Source of the DNA: a virus | Taxonomy: Duplodnaviria; Heunggongvirae; Uroviricota; Caudoviricetes | Direction: 5' to 3' (one strand) | Virus record (IMG/VR): IMGVR_UViG_3300009008_000023 | Coordinates: 64,001-80,997 of that record | DNA length: 16,997 bases | In this document: positions 14,932 through 16,997 of the stretch, piece after piece | How positions within the stretch are numbered: position 1 is the stretch's first letter | Layout: every line of letters starts with the position of its first letter | The notes under the pieces: generated by a model | The model's input: the letters and a program-made list of their open reading frames with translations, nothing else | The model's database searches: none | What the model was told of the DNA's origin: nothing | Translations under genes and position numbers: made by a program

Positions 14932-16997
14932 TTATCCACAGTGATAGGTACAACCCACAAATGCTTTCTTGTAGGTAGTTCCATTATACTCAAATTCTTC
15001 TACTTTGTAAAGATCTTTTTGCTCTAAATCAAAGTCACAATCCATAGTGATTTTAGCCACTGTATAATTATGTAAAAGATCGTCCGCTTGACGCATTCCG
15101 TAACCTGGGATTTTTGAAGAAGTTATATAATCGCCGTTGGTGAAGTTGCCATTGATATTTGTTACCCAAATTGCTCCTTCTCCTAGAGCATTAACAAAGA
15201 CTCGGTCATCACCTTTTTCTTTGTTAAAAGTTGTTACCCACGCTCCAACGGCATACTGTCGTTCAAGATTGTCAGGATCTTCTACATCCGATACAACACC
15301 ATACACTGCAACATCTTTGGCTACAGAGGACAGTTGAATTTTTGGCAGTGCTTCACTTATAACGATATTATCGATTTGTTTAGTTTTTGCCTTAACACAG
15401 TACTCACCTGTAGCACTGACAATTAATCCAATATTTTGGTCCTGGTAATAATCAATTGTACCATCTACAGGAAGGCTACGATGTTGTCCTGTAAAGTCAA
15501 GAGCGCCCTGATCAGAAGTATGTGATATGAAACCTCCGCTATTAGTACCATTATATCTGAAGTTTAAAAATGGGTATGTCGTAGCGCCTGCATAACCTAC
15601 ATACACTCGCCATTCTTCTGCTAACTCAGCTGAGTTAGCTAATACCATGCAATAGGGCTCTTCATCATCATAGTCAGTGGCCGGGGCTATAAGTGTTACA
15701 GCGCCTTGTGACCTACTCGACCCATACCCTAAAGGCGCGCCAAATCCATGGCTAGTGCCCTCATTAGAGAATACTCTGAATAATGAAGGACCGTTAACTC
15801 TTACCGCATAACTCCCAGATCCCACAGAAGAAGTTGTATGAATAGTTTCTCCTGCATCATGAACAATTTCTACCGCGTGTACTCTATGACTCATATCATC
15901 GGCACGATGTGATAACACCCTAATTGCTGGCTCAAAGAAATCCGAATCTTCTGCTCTATTTGAAATAAATAGCGTTGAACCATTTGGTCCTGCAAAAAGA
16001 GAGGCGCGCTCAGTCTCAGGGTAACTCCCGTGACGAACTTGAATCGCTGGACGCTCACCGAGGACCCCTTTATATTCTCCAGTTAGAGTAGGACCATAAC
16101 CATAAAACGGGTCATCGTCCATTACGAATACATTTTCACTATCTACTGAATGCATTCGCAGCGCATTATCATCTGAGTCATTAATAACAATTCTTTTCCC
16201 AGTTTCAGCTGTTTGAAATGTAGAGCCAGTAATCGTGGAACCTGTAATGTCACTTGCTTCTATATCTCCATGGATTACCAACTCACCCTGTTGGCCCACC
16301 CAAGCTAATGAGTGTGATCCAGGAGCGTCTGCTAAGGAGTTAAGAAAGAAATTACCCTCATCATCCATTAAACTCCACCATGTAGAGTCACCTGCCACAA
16401 CTGTAACATATCCGAGATAACTATCTGTCATTAACAGACCGTCATGATCTGTAGGAACAGCAACATCAAGGAAATCATAAGATTGGTTATCGTAGCTAAT
16501 ACTAAGAGTCCATGTTAAATATTTTTCAAATACTCCACTATCACCTTGAGCAAATCGTCCTGTAACTAGTAAAGAAACATAAAAGATAGCATTGTTACCG
16601 CCATCAATATCTAAGGCAGAAACATTTATTTGAGCCCGATCACTGACATCAGTAATATTAACAGTAATGTCTCCAGTAGGATAATAAGACAAAACTGCTA
16701 CTGTATAGTAACCTACTAATGAGGGTGTTCCACCTCCACTATCATACTCATAACTATATTCACCATCAATACCGGCATAAACAACAGCTTCTAATTCGGA
16801 CTCACTTATTAATAAAGCGCCATCAGTATCTAAGGGTATAGTGACATTATTAGGAGTAATGAAAGAATCGCTGAAAGTTCCAGTTGTCGCAAATCCGACA
16901 ATTAGTTCTTGTCCTGCTGCAAGTTCTTGATCTTCAGGCATTGTTCCATCTAAACCACCGCTACCACCACTAACTAACTCAAGATATAATTGAATCC
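14932..16997 (-). CDS. Tail fibre/spike-like protein, C-terminal part (5'-truncated), with a terminal Peptidase_G2/IMC-like chaperone domain
   Basis: The frame stays open upstream of ATG16941 to the window edge (IQLYLELVSGGSGGLDGTM). The protein is beta-rich and G/S/T-rich, with fibre-like ITGSTITGSTFQTAETGKRIVIN. The C-terminus reads DFTGQHR...GEGAIWV...GDYITSS...GYGMRQADDLLHNYTVAKITMDCDF...VGCTYHCG. Confidence 0.72.
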   Translation of the reverse strand, partial: IQLYLELVSGGSGGLDGTMPEDQELAAGQELIVGFATTGTFSDSFITPNNVTIPLDTDGALLISESELEAVVYAGIDGEYSYEYDSGGGTPSLVGYYTVAVLSYYPTGDITVNITDVSDRAQINVSALDIDGGNNAIFYVSLLVTGRFAQGDSGVFEKYLTWTLSISYDNQSYDFLDVAVPTDHDGLLMTDSYLGYVTVVAGDSTWWSLMDDEGNFFLNSLADAPGSHSLAWVGQQGELVIHGDIEASDITGSTITGSTFQTAETGKRIVINDSDDNALRMHSVDSENVFVMDDDPFYGYGPTLTGEYKGVLGERPAIQVRHGSYPETERASLFAGPNGSTLFISNRAEDSDFFEPAIRVLSHRADDMSHRVHAVEIVHDAGETIHTTSSVGSGSYAVRVNGPSLFRVFSNEGTSHGFGAPLGYGSSRSQGAVTLIAPATDYDDEEPYCMVLANSAELAEEWRVYVGYAGATTYPFLNFRYNGTNSGGFISHTSDQGALDFTGQHRSLPVDGTIDYYQDQNIGLIVSATGEYCVKAKTKQIDNIVISEALPKIQLSSVAKDVAVYGVVSDVEDPDNLERQYAVGAWVTTFNKEKGDDRVFVNALGEGAIWVTNINGNFTNGDYITSSKIPGYGMRQADDLLHNYTVAKITMDCDFDLEQKDLYKVEEFEYNGTTYKKAFVGCTYHCG

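Noticed and set aside
1061-16420. Remaining nested or antisense ORFs (e.g. 1061-1366, 3320-3841, 5445-5693, 6038-6340, 7564-7863, 9030-9215, 10157-10369, 11438-11671, 11780-11983, 12118-12306, 13121-13369, 14287-14574, 15137-15337, 16235-16420)
   Set aside because: They overlap well-supported genes on the opposite strand or in another frame, and have no motifs or translation signals.

Overview
AT-rich (roughly 36% GC), densely packed window with prokaryotic signals (stop/start overlaps, Shine-Dalgarno sites, sigma70-like promoters). It is most likely part of a large tailed-phage genome. The + strand block (1-6410) holds a 5'-truncated VWA protein, a complete retron (msr-msd ncRNA ~1530-1722 with a1/a2 repeats, predicted branching G1541 and an 89-nt msd hairpin, then a 308-aa YADD reverse transcriptase with GAxxH and VTG motifs), small unknown ORFs, a radical-SAM-like protein, an 800-bp non-coding region and a GT4 glycosyltransferase. 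That non-coding region has about four times the expected number of 6-bp palindromes and nested long-range base pairing. The - strand block (6456-16997) is a late/morphogenesis region: a 5'-truncated tail-fibre-like protein, three glycosyltransferase-like genes, a lysis cassette with an amidase, a KxA-rich putative head protein, a single mitochondrial-carrier (Solcar)-like repeat protein and a portal-like protein. The best leads are the phage-borne retron with no recognisable effector, the palindrome-dense structured element, and the one-repeat SLC25-like protein. All calls come from reading motifs by eye; no database search was run.
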